From positions 1,984,001 to 2,048,000 of the forward strand of contig CM082590.2 in the NCBI GenBank assembly GCA_040954595.2: 64,000 bases of DNA, given 5' to 3'. Of the stretch, positions 1-12,450 are shown piece by piece (within the stretch, counting starts at the first letter, position 1; each line of letters starts with the position of its first letter). The position numbers and the translations under genes were made by a program. The notes below the pieces were generated by a model, which saw only the letters and a list, made by a program, of their open reading frames with translations, ran no database searches and was not told the origin of the DNA. The stretch comes from Balanoglossus misakiensis (lineage: Eukaryota; Animalia; Hemichordata).

Positions 1-519
1 AGTCCTGATTGTGTTCACACGAGTTTTATTGCTGCCAGGACATAACCCAAATATTTTTATAATTTTGGCAATGACCCTTGATCTTCTTGGATATGTCTCT
101 TGTTAAAAAGCACAACCGTCATGATTTTGTTCACATGAGTTTTATTGCTGCCAGGACATAACCCAAATATTTTGATAATTTTGGCAATGACCCTTGATCT
201 ACTTGGATATGTCTCTTGTTAAAAAGCACAACAGTCAGGATTTTGTTCACATGAGTTTTATTGCTTCCAGGACATAACCAAAATATTTTGATAATTTTGG
301 CAATGACTCTTGATGTACTTTGATATGTATCTTGTTAAAAAGCACAACAGTCTTGATTTTGTTAACATGTGTTTTATCGCTGCCAGGACATAACCAATAT
401 ATTTTTATAATTTTGGCAATGACTCTTGATCTACTTGGATATGTCTCTTGTTAAAAAGCACAACAGTCTTGAATTTGTTCGCATGAGTTTTATCGCTGCC
501 AGGACATAACCCAAATATA

Positions 520-613
520 TTTAAGCAATAAAACACCCCAAGCCATGGTATACCACGAGATTTTGACCAGTTCACGACATATACGCACGAGCGATAGCGA
601 GTGCGTATATGCG
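520..613. mobile_element. ~90-bp truncated palindromic non-autonomous element (possibly Crypton/Eulor-like) inserted in satellite A
   Basis: Non-satellite, CpG-rich segment starting ttaagcaataaaacacccc, with hairpin atatacgcac-gagcgatagcga-gtgcgtatat; satellite 'cataacccaaatat' is present on both sides (505 and 614). Confidence 0.55.
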
Positions 614-2198
614 CATAACCCAAATATTTTGATAATTTTGGCAATGACCCTTGATCTACTTGGATATGTCTATTGTTAAAAAGCACAACAGTCATGATTT
701 TGTTCATATGAGTTTTATTGCTGCCAGGACATAACCCAAATATTTTGATAATTTTGGCAATGACCCTTGATCTACTTGGATATGTCTCTTGTTAAAAAGC
801 ACAACAGTCAGGATTTTGTTCACATGAGTTTTATTGCTTCCAGGACATAACCAAAATATTTTGATAATTTTGGCAATGACTCTTGATCTACATTGATATG
901 TCTCTTGTTAAAAAGCACAACAGTCAGGATTTTGTTCACATGAGTACTATTGCTGGCAGGACATAACCAAAATATTTTGATAATTTTGGCAATGACCCTT
1001 GATCTACTTGGATATGTCTCTTGTTAAAAAGCACAACAGTCATTAGTGTTCACAAGAGTTTTATCGCTGCCAGGACATAACCCAAATATTTTTATAATTT
1101 TGGCAATGACCCTTGATCTTCTTGGATATGTCTCTTGTTAAAAAGCACATCAGTCATGATTTTGTTCACATGAGTACTACTGCTGCCGGGACATAACCCG
1201 AATATTTTGATAATTTTGGCAATGACCCTTGATCTACTTGGATATGTCTATTGTTAAAAAGCACAACAGTCATGATTTTGTTCATATGAGTTTTATTGCT
1301 GCCAGGACATAACCCAAATATTTTGATAATTTTGGCAATGACCCTTGATCTACTTGGATATGTCTCTTGTTAAAAAGCACAACAGTCAGGATTTTGTTCA
1401 CATGAGTTTTATTGCTTCCAGGACATAACCAAAATATTTTGATAATTTTGGCAATGACTCTTGATCTACATTGATATGTCTCTTGTTAAAAAGCACAACA
1501 GTCAGGATTTTGTTCACATGAGTACTATTGCTGGCAGGACATAACCAAAATATTTTGATAATTTTGGCAACGACCCTTGATCTACTTGGATATGTCTCTT
1601 GTTAAAAAGCACAACAGTCATTAGTGTTCACAAGAGTTTTATCGCTGCCAGGACATAACCCAAATATTTTTATAATTTTGGCAATGACCCATGATCTTCT
1701 TGGATATGTCTCTTGTTAAAAAGCACAACAGTCATGATTGTGTTCACATAAATTCTATTGCTGTCAGGACATAACCCAAATATTTTGATAATTTTGGCAA
1801 TGACTCTTGATCTACTTGGACATGTCTCTTGTTAAAAAGCACAACAGTCTTGATTTTGTTCACATGAGTTTTATCGATGCCAGGACATAACCCAAATATT
1901 TTGATAATTATGGCAATGACCCTTGATCTACTTGGATATGTCTCTTGTTAAAAAGCACAACAGTCATGATTGTGTTCACACGAGTTTTATTGCTGCCAGG
2001 ACATAACCCAAATTTTTTGATAATTTTGGCAATGACCCTTGATCTACTTGGATATGTCTTTTGTTAAAATGCACAACATACATGATTTTGTTCACATGAA
2101 TTCTATTGCTGTCAGGACATAACCCAAATATTTTGATAATTTTGGCAATGACCCTTGATCTACTTGGATATGTCTCTTGTTAAATGCACAACAGACAT

Positions 2199-4533
2199 AA
2201 TAATAATAATAATGGTTTATTCTCATAATCAAATCAAACAAACATAATGCAAGTGAAAATAACTGAAAATAAATAACTCTTTTGTTTACAATGAGAAAAG
2301 GACTGAAAAATAGTTGCCATAGGCACTAATCAAGTTCAGTCCCAAGTCAAGTGATGAGGTTTTACAGTTTGTAAAAAATGGCGACTATTCCGACAGAAAT
2401 TTCAAAAGGTTATAATACCAGGCACAAGGCATAAGGAAAGAAAAAGAAAATACATTAAGAGACAACAAAACTACATCTCCAATAAATAATTTTTAAGCTC
2501 TATTTTGAAACGATTTCTGGAAGTGATTTGTTTGAGATCCTCAGGAATAACTGTTCCATACCTCAGGAACAACAAATTTGATAGAAGTTTGGCCCAAATT
2601 GCTTAGGAATTTAGGGGGGGTGAAGAATATTTTTTTCTTTGGACCGAGTACTGTAGGTATGATCAATTTGCGAAAAATATGTTTTGAAATTCATGGGAAG
2701 TTTATCATGTAGAACATCGTAAACAAAGATGGCAACCTGAAGCTTATATTGTTTGTAAACATCTAGAACTCTAAGTTTCTTAAATAAAGGGGAAGTATGG
2801 GCGTAATACTGCTCCCCGATATGATGCGCACAATTCTTTTTTGAATGACAAAAATATCTGATAAATATGACTTGTAAGTAGATCCCCAAACCTCTAAACC
2901 AAAAGAGATGTGAGGTAAAACAAAAGCATTGTACAACATTAAAAGTAATGTTTGAGAAACCATACACCTCAGTTTATAAAAAATTCCAGTTAGTTTACAA
3001 ATTTATTTTTCAATTCCATGATATGTTCTTTCCAATGCAACTGGTTGTCCATTTTGATTCCAACAAATGATGTACAATCTACTTCTTTTAATACAGTATC
3101 TTTTAAATAAAGTAAACCTTCAATTTCACAAGACCTTCGTTTGCTACCTATGATCATATAGACTGTTTTAGCAGCATTTATAGTTAGTTTGTAACAGTCA
3201 CACCAATTTGTCACCTTCTGGAATTCTAAATTAACTTTGTTAATAGAAAACGTATTTAAATTCTTGTGAATGGAGTGAAACAGGTTAGAGTCATCTGCAT
3301 ACAGTCTAAAATTAAAAAAAATCAGTACAACTTGGTAAGTCATTGATGTATATTAAAAATAATGTGGGGCCAAGTATTGAGCCATGCGGCACACCACACT
3401 TAATCTCATGTTTCTGTGATTCATTGTTGTCAATTGTGACATACTGGCTTCTTGAGTTCAAATAGCTTTTAAACCATAACAAAGGCAACCCCCTAACACC
3501 ATAGTATACCAATTTAGAAAACAAAATGGCATGGTTAACCGTATCAAAATCTTTAGAAAAATCTATGAATAAGCCAAGAGATGAGTTACCATTATCAATG
3601 TCATCAAGCAAACATTGAGTGAGACTTAGTAAGGAAATTTTACAACTGTGTTTCTTCCTAAATCCATATTGGTGTTCATACAAAATGTTAAAATTATCTA
3701 GAAAATTTACAATACGTGAATTTACAACTTTTTCTAAAATTTTACTCAGTACTGGCAATATGGAAATTGGTCTGTAATTACCAATATCATTAACATTTCC
3801 CTTTTTGTATAAAGGCAGTACACGTGCAACCTTCATGGGGTTAGGAAATTGACCAGTGGTGAAAGAAAGGTTAAAAATATAACAAAGTGGAATGCAGATG
3901 TATGTATTAGCTGCTATTACAAGTCGACACGGAATATTGTCCCAACCGGTTGCCTTGCGAATGTCCAGGCTAAAAATTAAATTCTCAATTTCCTTTAAAG
4001 TTACTGGCTGAAGAAAAAAGGAACTACAAGTACTGTTTTGCAAAAAAGTATTAAAAGTAACATTGCTTTGAGGAGAAATTTGATTGGCTAGATTTTCACC
4101 TATGTTAACAAAGTAAGTGTTGAGATCTTCTACAATGTCATTGATTTCTGAATGAACCTCTTTAGTACCCATACAATCCACTTCCAAATGGTCTGGAAGT
4201 ATCATTTTTCTATGTTTAGCTTTGCCAATTAAACCATTAATAACTTCCCAAGTTTATTTTAATTTTCCATTATTTTCGGAGAATAAATGTGTATAGTACT
4301 GTTTTTTAGCCTTTCTCAAAACGCCTGTCAGGATATTCCTATATCTCTTATAATAGCTTAAAGCTGTTTCATTAAAAGAGAATTTTTGCAAATTTCCAAA
4401 AAGAATATGTTTTTTCCTAATTGACTTTTTAATTGCACTTGTGATCCAGGGTTTGTCCTGTTTTTTTCTCATGCTGATTTGTTTACGTACTAAAGGAGCT
4501 TGTTTGTTGCAAACAGTAAGAAAAGTACTAATA
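2199..4533 (-). mobile_element. 5'-truncated non-LTR retrotransposon (L2/CR1 group, Crack/Daphne-like), copy 1
   Basis: RT motifs NYRPISILPVLSKILEK, QYGFR, DFSKxFDTV, GVPxGSILGPTLF, YADD; post-RT HTSPLFKKL; 3' end AATAAA followed by a (TTA)n tail at 2199-2221; no endonuclease domain present. Confidence 0.93.
2471..4533 (-). pseudogene. Fragmented ORF2 (reverse transcriptase) of LINE copy 1
   Basis: ORF pieces 4254-4547, 3312-4205, 2990-3343, 2763-2963 and 2611-2967 join via frameshifts/stops; the C-terminus ...ELKNYLLEM* ends near 2471. Confidence 0.9.
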
Positions 4534-6156
4534 ATGATTTTGTTCACATGAATTATATTGCTGTCAGGACATAACCCAAATATTTTGATAATTTTGGCAA
4601 TGACCCTTGATCTACTTGGATATGTCTCTTGTTAAAAGCACAACAGTCATGATTTTGTTCACATGAGTTTTATTGCTTCCAGGACATAACCCAAATAGTT
4701 TGATAATTTTGGCAATGACCCTTGATCTACTTGGATATGTCGCTAGTTAAAAAGCACAACAGTCATGATTTTGTTGACATGAGTTTTATTGCTGCCAGGA
4801 CATAACCCAAATAATTTGATAATTTTGGCAATGACTCTTGATCTACTTGGATATGTCTCTTGTTAAAAAGCACATCAGTCATGATTTTGTTCACATGAGT
4901 ACTACTGCTGCCGGGACATAACCCAAATATTTTGATAATTTTGGCAATGACTCTTGATCTACTTGGATATGTCTCTTGTTAACAATCACAACAGTCTTGA
5001 TTTTGTTCACATGAGTTTTATCGCTACCAGGACATAACCCAAATATTTTCATCATTTTGGCAATGACCCTTAATCTACTTGGATATGTCTCTTGTTAGAA
5101 TGCACAACAGTCATGATTTTGTTCACATGAGTTTAATTGCTGCCAGGACATTACCCAAATATTTTGATAACTTTGGCAATCACCCTTGATCTACTTGGAT
5201 ATGTCTCTTGTTAAAAGGCACAACAGTCATGATTTGTTCACATGAGTTTTATTGCTGCCAGGCCATAACTCAAATATTTTGAAATTTTTGGCACTGACTC
5301 TTGATCTACTTGGATATGTCTCTTGTTAAAAAGCACAACAGTCATGATTTTGTTCACATGAGTACTATTGCTGCCAGGACATAACCCAAATATTTTGATA
5401 ATTTTGGCAATGACCCTTGATCTACTTGGATATGTCTCTGTTTAATAAGCACATCAGTCATGATTTTGTTAACATGAGTTTTATTGCTGCCAGGACATAA
5501 CCCAAATATTTTTATAATTTTGGCCATGGCCCTTGATCTTCTTGGATATGTGTCTTGATAAAAAGCACAACAGTCATGATTGTGTTCAAATGAGTTTTAT
5601 TGCTGCCAGGACATAACCCAAATATTTTGATAATTTTGGCAATGACTCTTGATCTACTTGGATATATCTCTTGTTAAAAAGCACAACAGTCATGATTGTG
5701 TTCACACGAGTTTTATTGCTGCCAGGACATAACCCAAATTTTTTGATAATTTTGGCAATGACTCTTGATCTACTTGGACATGTCTCTTGTTAAAAAGCAC
5801 AACAGTCTTGATTTTGTTCACATGAGTTTTATCGATGCCAGGACATAACCCAAATATTTTGATAATTATGGCAATGACCCTTGATCTACTTGGATATGTC
5901 TCTTGTTAAAAAGCACAACAGTCATGATTGTGTTCACACGAGTTTTATTGCTGCCAGGACATAACCCAAATTTTTTGATAATTTTGGCAATGACCCTTGA
6001 TCTACTTGGATATGTCTTTTGTTAAAATGCACAACATACATGATTTTGTTCACATGAATTCTATTGCTGTCAGGACATAACCCAAATATTTTGATAATTT
6101 TGGCAATGACCCTTGATCTACTTGGATATGTCTCTTGTTAAATGCACAACAGACAT

Positions 6157-8491
6157 AATAATAATAATAATGGTTTATTCTCATAATCAAATCAAACAAA
6201 CATAATGCAAGTGAAAATAACTGAAAATAAATAACTCTTTTGTTTACAATGAGAAAAGGACTGAAAAATAGTTGCCATAGGCACTAATCAAGTTCAGTCC
6301 CAAGTCAAGTGATGAGGTTTTACAGTTTGTAAAAAATGGCGACTATTCCGACAGAAATTTCAAAAGGTTATAATACCAGGCACAAGGCATAAGGAAAGAA
6401 AAAGAAAATACATTAAGAGACAACAAAACTACATCTCCAATAAATAATTTTTAAGCTCTATTTTGAAACGATTTCTGGAAGTGATTTGTTTGAGATCCTC
6501 AGGAATAACTGTTCCATACCTCAGGAACAACAAATTTGATAGAAGTTTGGCCCAAATTGCTTCGGAATTTAGGGGGGGTGAAGAATATTTTTTTCTTTGG
6601 ACCGAGTACTGTAGGTATGATCAATTTGCGAAAAATATGTTTTGAAATTCATGGGAAGTTTATCATGTAGAACATCGTAAACAAAGATGGCAACCTGAAG
6701 CTTATATTGTTTGTAAACATCTAGAACTCTAAGTTTCTTAAATAAAGGGGAAGTATGGGCGTAATACTGCTCCCCGATATGATGCGCACAATTCTTTTTT
6801 GAATGACAAAAATATCTGATAAATATGACTTGTAAGTAGATCCCCAAACCTCTAAACCAAAAGAGATGTGAGGTAAAACAAAAGCATTGTACAACATTAA
6901 AAGTACTGTTTGAGAAACCATACACCTCAGTTTATAAAAAATTCCAGTTAGTTTACAAATTTATTTTTCAATTCCATGATATGTTCTTTCCAATGCAACT
7001 GGTTGTCCATTTTGATTCCAACAAATGATGTACAATCTACTTCTTTTAATACAGTATCTTTTAAATAAAGTAAACCTTCAATTTCACAAGACCTTCGTTT
7101 GCTACCTATTATCATATAGACTGTTTTAGCAGCATTTATAGTTAGTTTGTAACAGTCACACCAATTTGTCACCTTCTGGAATTCTAAATTAACTTCGTTA
7201 ATAGAAAACGTATTTAAATTCTTGTGAATGGAGTGAAACAGGTTAGAGTCATCTGCATACAGTCTAAAATTTAAAAAAATCAGTACAACTTGGTAAGTCA
7301 TTGATGTATATTAAAAATAATGTGGGGCCAAGTATTGAGCCATGCGGCACACCACACTTAATCTCATGTTTCTGTGATTCATTGTTGTCAATTGTGACAT
7401 ACTGGCTTCTTGAGTTCAAATAGCTTTTAAACCATAACAAAGGCAACCCCCTAACACCATAGTATACCAATTTAGAAAACAAAATGGCATGGTTAACCGT
7501 ATCAAAATCTTTAGAAAAATCTATGAATAAGCCAAGAGATGAGTTACCATTATCAATGTCATCAAGCAAACATTGAGTGAGACTTAGTAAGGAAATTTTA
7601 CAACTGTGTTTCTTCCTAAATCCATATTGGTGTTCATACAAAATGTTAAAATTATCTAGAAAATTTACAATACGTGAATTTACAACTTTTTCTAAAATTT
7701 TACTCAGTACTGGCAATATGGAAATTGGTCTGTAATTACCAATATCATTAACATTTCCCTTTTTGTATAAAGGCAGTACACGTGCAACCTTCATGGGGTT
7801 AGGAAATTGACCAGTGGTGAAAGAAAGGTTAAAAATATAACAAAGTGGAATGCAGATGTATGTATTAGCTGCTATTACAAGTCGACACGGAATATTGTCC
7901 CAACCGGTTGCCTTGCGAATGTCCAGGCTAAAAATTAAATTCTCAATTTCCTTTAAAGTTACTGGCTGAAGAAAAAAGGAACTACAAGTACTGTTTTGCA
8001 AAAAAGTATTAAAAGTAACATTGCTTTGAGGAGAAATTTGATTGGCTAGATTTTCACCTATGTTAACAAAGTAAGTGTTGAGATCTTCTACAATGTCATT
8101 GATTTCTGAATGAACCTCTTTAGTACCCATACAATCCACTTCCAAATGGTCTGGAAGTATCATTTTTCTATGTTTAGCTTTGCCAATTAAACCATTAATA
8201 ACTTCCCAAGTTTATTTTAATTTTCCATTATTTTCGGAGAATAAATGTGTATAGTACTGTTTTTTAGCCTTTCTCAAAACGCCTGTCAGGATATTCCTAT
8301 ATCTCTTATAATAGCTTAAAGCTGTTTCATTAAAAGAGAATTTTTGCAAATTTCCAAAAAGAATATGTTTTTTCCTAATTGACTTTTTAATTGCACTTGT
8401 GATCCAGGGTTTGTCCTGTTTTTTTCTCATGCTGATTTGTTTACGTACTAAAGGAGCTTGTTTGTTGCAAACAGTAAGAAAAGTACTAATA
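6157..8491 (-). mobile_element. LINE copy 2 (RT pseudogene), offset +3958 from copy 1
   Basis: Near-identical to copy 1 including both satellite junctions; ORFs 6569-6925, 6948-7301, 7264-8163, 8212-8505. Confidence 0.93.
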
Positions 8492-10114
8492 ATGATTTTG
8501 TTCACATGAATTATATTGCTGTCAGGACATAACCCAAATATTTTGATAATTTTGGCAATGACCCTTGATCTACTTGGATATGTCTCTTGTTAAAAGCACA
8601 ACAGTCATGATTTTGTTCACATGAGTTTTATTGCTTCCAGGACATAACCCAAATAGTTTGATAATTTTGGCAATGACCCTTGATCTACTTGGATATGTCG
8701 CTAGTTAAAAAGCACAACAGTCATGATTTTGTTGACATGAGTTTTATTGCTGCCAGGACATAACCCAAATAATTTGATAATTTTGGCAATGACTCTTGAT
8801 CTACTTGGATATGTCTCTTGTTAAAAAGCACATCAGTCATGATTTTGTTCACATGAGTACTACTGCTGCCGGGACATAACCCAAATATTTTGATAATTTT
8901 GGCAATGACTCTTGATCTACTTGGATATGTCTCTTGTTAACAATCACAACAGTCTTGATTTTGTTCACATGAGTTTTATCGCTACCAGGACATAACCCAA
9001 ATATTTTCATCATTTTGGCAATGACCCTTAATCTACTTGGATATGTCTCTTGTTAGAATGCACAACAGTCATGATTTTGTTCACATGAGTTTAATTGCTG
9101 CCAGGACATTACCCAAATATTTTGATAACTTTGGCAATCACCCTTGATCTACTTGGATATGTCTCTTGTTAAAAGGCACAACAGTCATGATTTGTTCACA
9201 TGAGTTTTATTGCTGCCAGGCCATAACTCAAATATTTTGAAATTTTTGGCACTGACTCTTGATCTACTTGGATATGTCTCTTGTTAAAAAGCACAACAGT
9301 CATGATTTTGTTCACATGAGTACTATTGCTGCCAGGACATAACCCAAATATTTTGATAATTTTGGCAATGACCCTTGATCTACTTGGATATGTCTCTGTT
9401 TAATAAGCACATCAGTCATGATTTTGTTAACATGAGTTTTATTGCTGCCAGGACATAACCCAAATATTTTTATAATTTTGGCCATGGCCCTTGATCTTCT
9501 TGGATATGTGTCTTGATAAAAAGCACAACAGTCATGATTGTGTTCAAATGAGTTTTATTGCTGCCAGGACTTAACCCAAATATTTTGATAATTTTGGCAA
9601 TGACTCTTGATCTACTTGGATATATCTCTTGTTAAAAAGCACAACAGTCATGATTGTGTTCACACGAGTTTTATTGCTGCCAGGACATAACCCAAATTTT
9701 TTGATAATTTTGGCAATGACTCTTGATCTACTTGGACATGTCTCTTGTTAAAAAGCACAACAGTCTTGATTTTGTTCACATGAGTTTTATCGATGCCAGG
9801 ACATAACCCAAATATTTTGATAATTATGGCAATGACCCTTGATCTACTTGGATATGTCTCTTGTTAAAAAGCACAACAGTCATGATTGTGTTCACACGAG
9901 TTTTATTGCTGCCAGGACATAACCCAAATTTTTTGATAATTTTGGCAATGACCCTTGATCTACTTGGATATGTCTTTTGTTAAAATGCACAACATACATG
10001 ATTTTGTTCACATGAATTCTATTGCTGTCAGGACATAACCCAAATATTTTGATAATTTTGGCAATGACCCTTGATCTACTTGGATATGTCTCTTGTTAAA
10101 TGCACAACAGACAT

Positions 10115-12450
10115 AATAATAATAATAATGGTTTATTCTCATAATCAAATCAAACAAACATAATGCAAGTGAAAATAACTGAAAATAAATAACTCTTTTG
10201 TTTACAATGAGAAAAGGACTGAAAAATAGTTGCCATAGGCACTAATCAAGTTCAGTCCCAAGTCAAGTGATGAGGTTTTACAGTTTGTAAAAAATGGCGA
10301 CTATTCCGACAGAAATTTCAAAAGGTTATAATACCAGGCACAAGGCATAAGGAAAGAAAAAGAAAATACATTAAGAGACAACAAAACTACATCTCCAATA
10401 AATAATTTTTAAGCTCTATTTTGAAACGATTTCTGGAAGTGATTTGTTTGAGATCCTCAGGAATAACTGTTCCATACCTCAGGAACAACAAATTTGATAG
10501 AAGTTTGGCCCAAATTGCTTCGGAATTTAGGGGGGGTGAAGAATATTTTTTTCTTTGGACCGAGTACTGTAGGTATGATCAATTTGCGAAAAATATGTTT
10601 TGAAATTCATGGGAAGTTTATCATGTAGAACATCGTAAACAAAGATGGCAACCTGAAGCTTATATTGTTTGTAAACATCTAGAACTCTAAGTTTCTTAAA
10701 TAAAGGGGAAGTATGGGCGTAATACTGCTCCCCGATATGATGCGCACAATTCTTTTTTGAATGACAAAAATATCTGATAAATATGACTTGTAAGTAGATC
10801 CCCAAACCTCTAAACCAAAAGAGATGTGAGGTAAAACAAAAGCATTGTACAACATTAAAAGTACTGTTTGAGAAACCATACACCTCAGTTTATAAAAAAT
10901 TCCAGTTAGTTTACAAATTTATTTTTCAATTCCATGATATGTTCTTTCCAATGCAACTGGTTGTCCATTTTGATTCCAACAAATGATGTACAATCTACTT
11001 CTTTTAATACAGTATCTTTTAAATAAAGTAAACCTTCAATTTCACAAGACCTTCGTTTGCTACCTATTATCATATAGACTGTTTTAGCAGCATTTATAGT
11101 TAGTTTGTAACAGTCACACCAATTTGTCACCTTCTGGAATTCTAAATTAACTTCGTTAATAGAAAACGTATTTAAATTCTTGTGAATGGAGTGAAACAGG
11201 TTAGAGTCATCTGCATACAGTCTAAAATTTAAAAAAATCAGTACAACTTGGTAAGTCATTGATGTATATTAAAAATAATGTGGGGCCAAGTATTGAGCCA
11301 TGCGGCATACCACACTTAATCTCATGTTTCTGTGATTCATTGTTGTCAATTGTGACATACTGGCTTCTTGAGTTCAAATAGCTTTTAAGCCATAACAAAG
11401 GCAACCCCCTAACACCATAGTATACCAATTTAGAAAACAAAATGGCATGGTTAACCGTATCAAAATCTTTAGAAAAATCTATGAATAAGCCAAGAGATGA
11501 GTTACCATTATCAATGTCATCAAGCAAACATTGAGTGAGACTTAGTAAGGAAATTTTACAACTGTGTTTCTTCCTAAATCCATATTGGTGTTCATACAAA
11601 ATGTTAAAATTATCTAGAAAATTTACAATACGTGAATTTACAACTTTTTCTAAAATTTTACTCAGTACTGGCAATATGGAAATTGGTCTGTAATTACCAA
11701 TATCATTAACATTTCCCTTTTTGTATAAAGGCAGTACACGTGCAACCTTCATGGGGTTAGGAAATTGACCAGTGGTGAAAGAAAGGTTAAAAATATAACA
11801 AAGTGGAATGCAGATGTATGTATTAGCTGCTATTACAAGTCGACACGGAATATTGTCCCAACCGGTTGCCTTGCGAATGTCCAGGCTAAAAATTAAATTC
11901 TCAATTTCCTTTAAAGTTACTGGCTGAAGAAAAAAGGAACTACAAGTACTGTTTTGCAAAAAAAGTATTAAAAGTAACATTGCTTTGAGGAGAAATTTGA
12001 TTGGCTAGATTTTCACCTATGTTAACAAAGTAAGTGTTGAGATCTTCTACAATGTCATTGATGTCTGAATGAACCTCTTTAGTACCCATACAATCCACTT
12101 CCAAATGGTCTGGAAGTATCATTTTTCTATGTTTAGCTTTGCCAATTAAACCATTAATAGATTCCCAAGTTTATTTTAATTTTCCATTATTTTCGGAGAA
12201 TAAATGTGTATAGTACTGTTTTTTAGCCTTTCTCAAAACGCCTGTCAGGATATTCCTATATCTCTTATAATAGCTTAAAGCTGTTTCATTAAAAGAGAAT
12301 TTTTGCAAATTTCCAAAAAGATTATGTTTTTTCCTAATTGACTTTTTAATTGCACTTGTGATCCAGGGTTTGTCCTGTTTTTTTCTCATGCTGATTTGTT
12401 TACGTACTAAAGGAGCTTGTTTGTTGCAAACAGTAAGAAAAGTACTAATA
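10115..12450 (-). mobile_element. LINE copy 3 (RT pseudogene) with an extra 1-bp frameshift
   Basis: Near-identical to copy 2 (+3958); an extra A in the run near 11958-11964 splits the RT ORF into 11940-12122 and 11222-11980. Confidence 0.93.

Noticed and set aside
6463-10603. Plus-strand 60-aa ORFs at 6463 and 10421
   Set aside because: Antisense to the LINE C-terminus; interrupted by a stop in copy 1.
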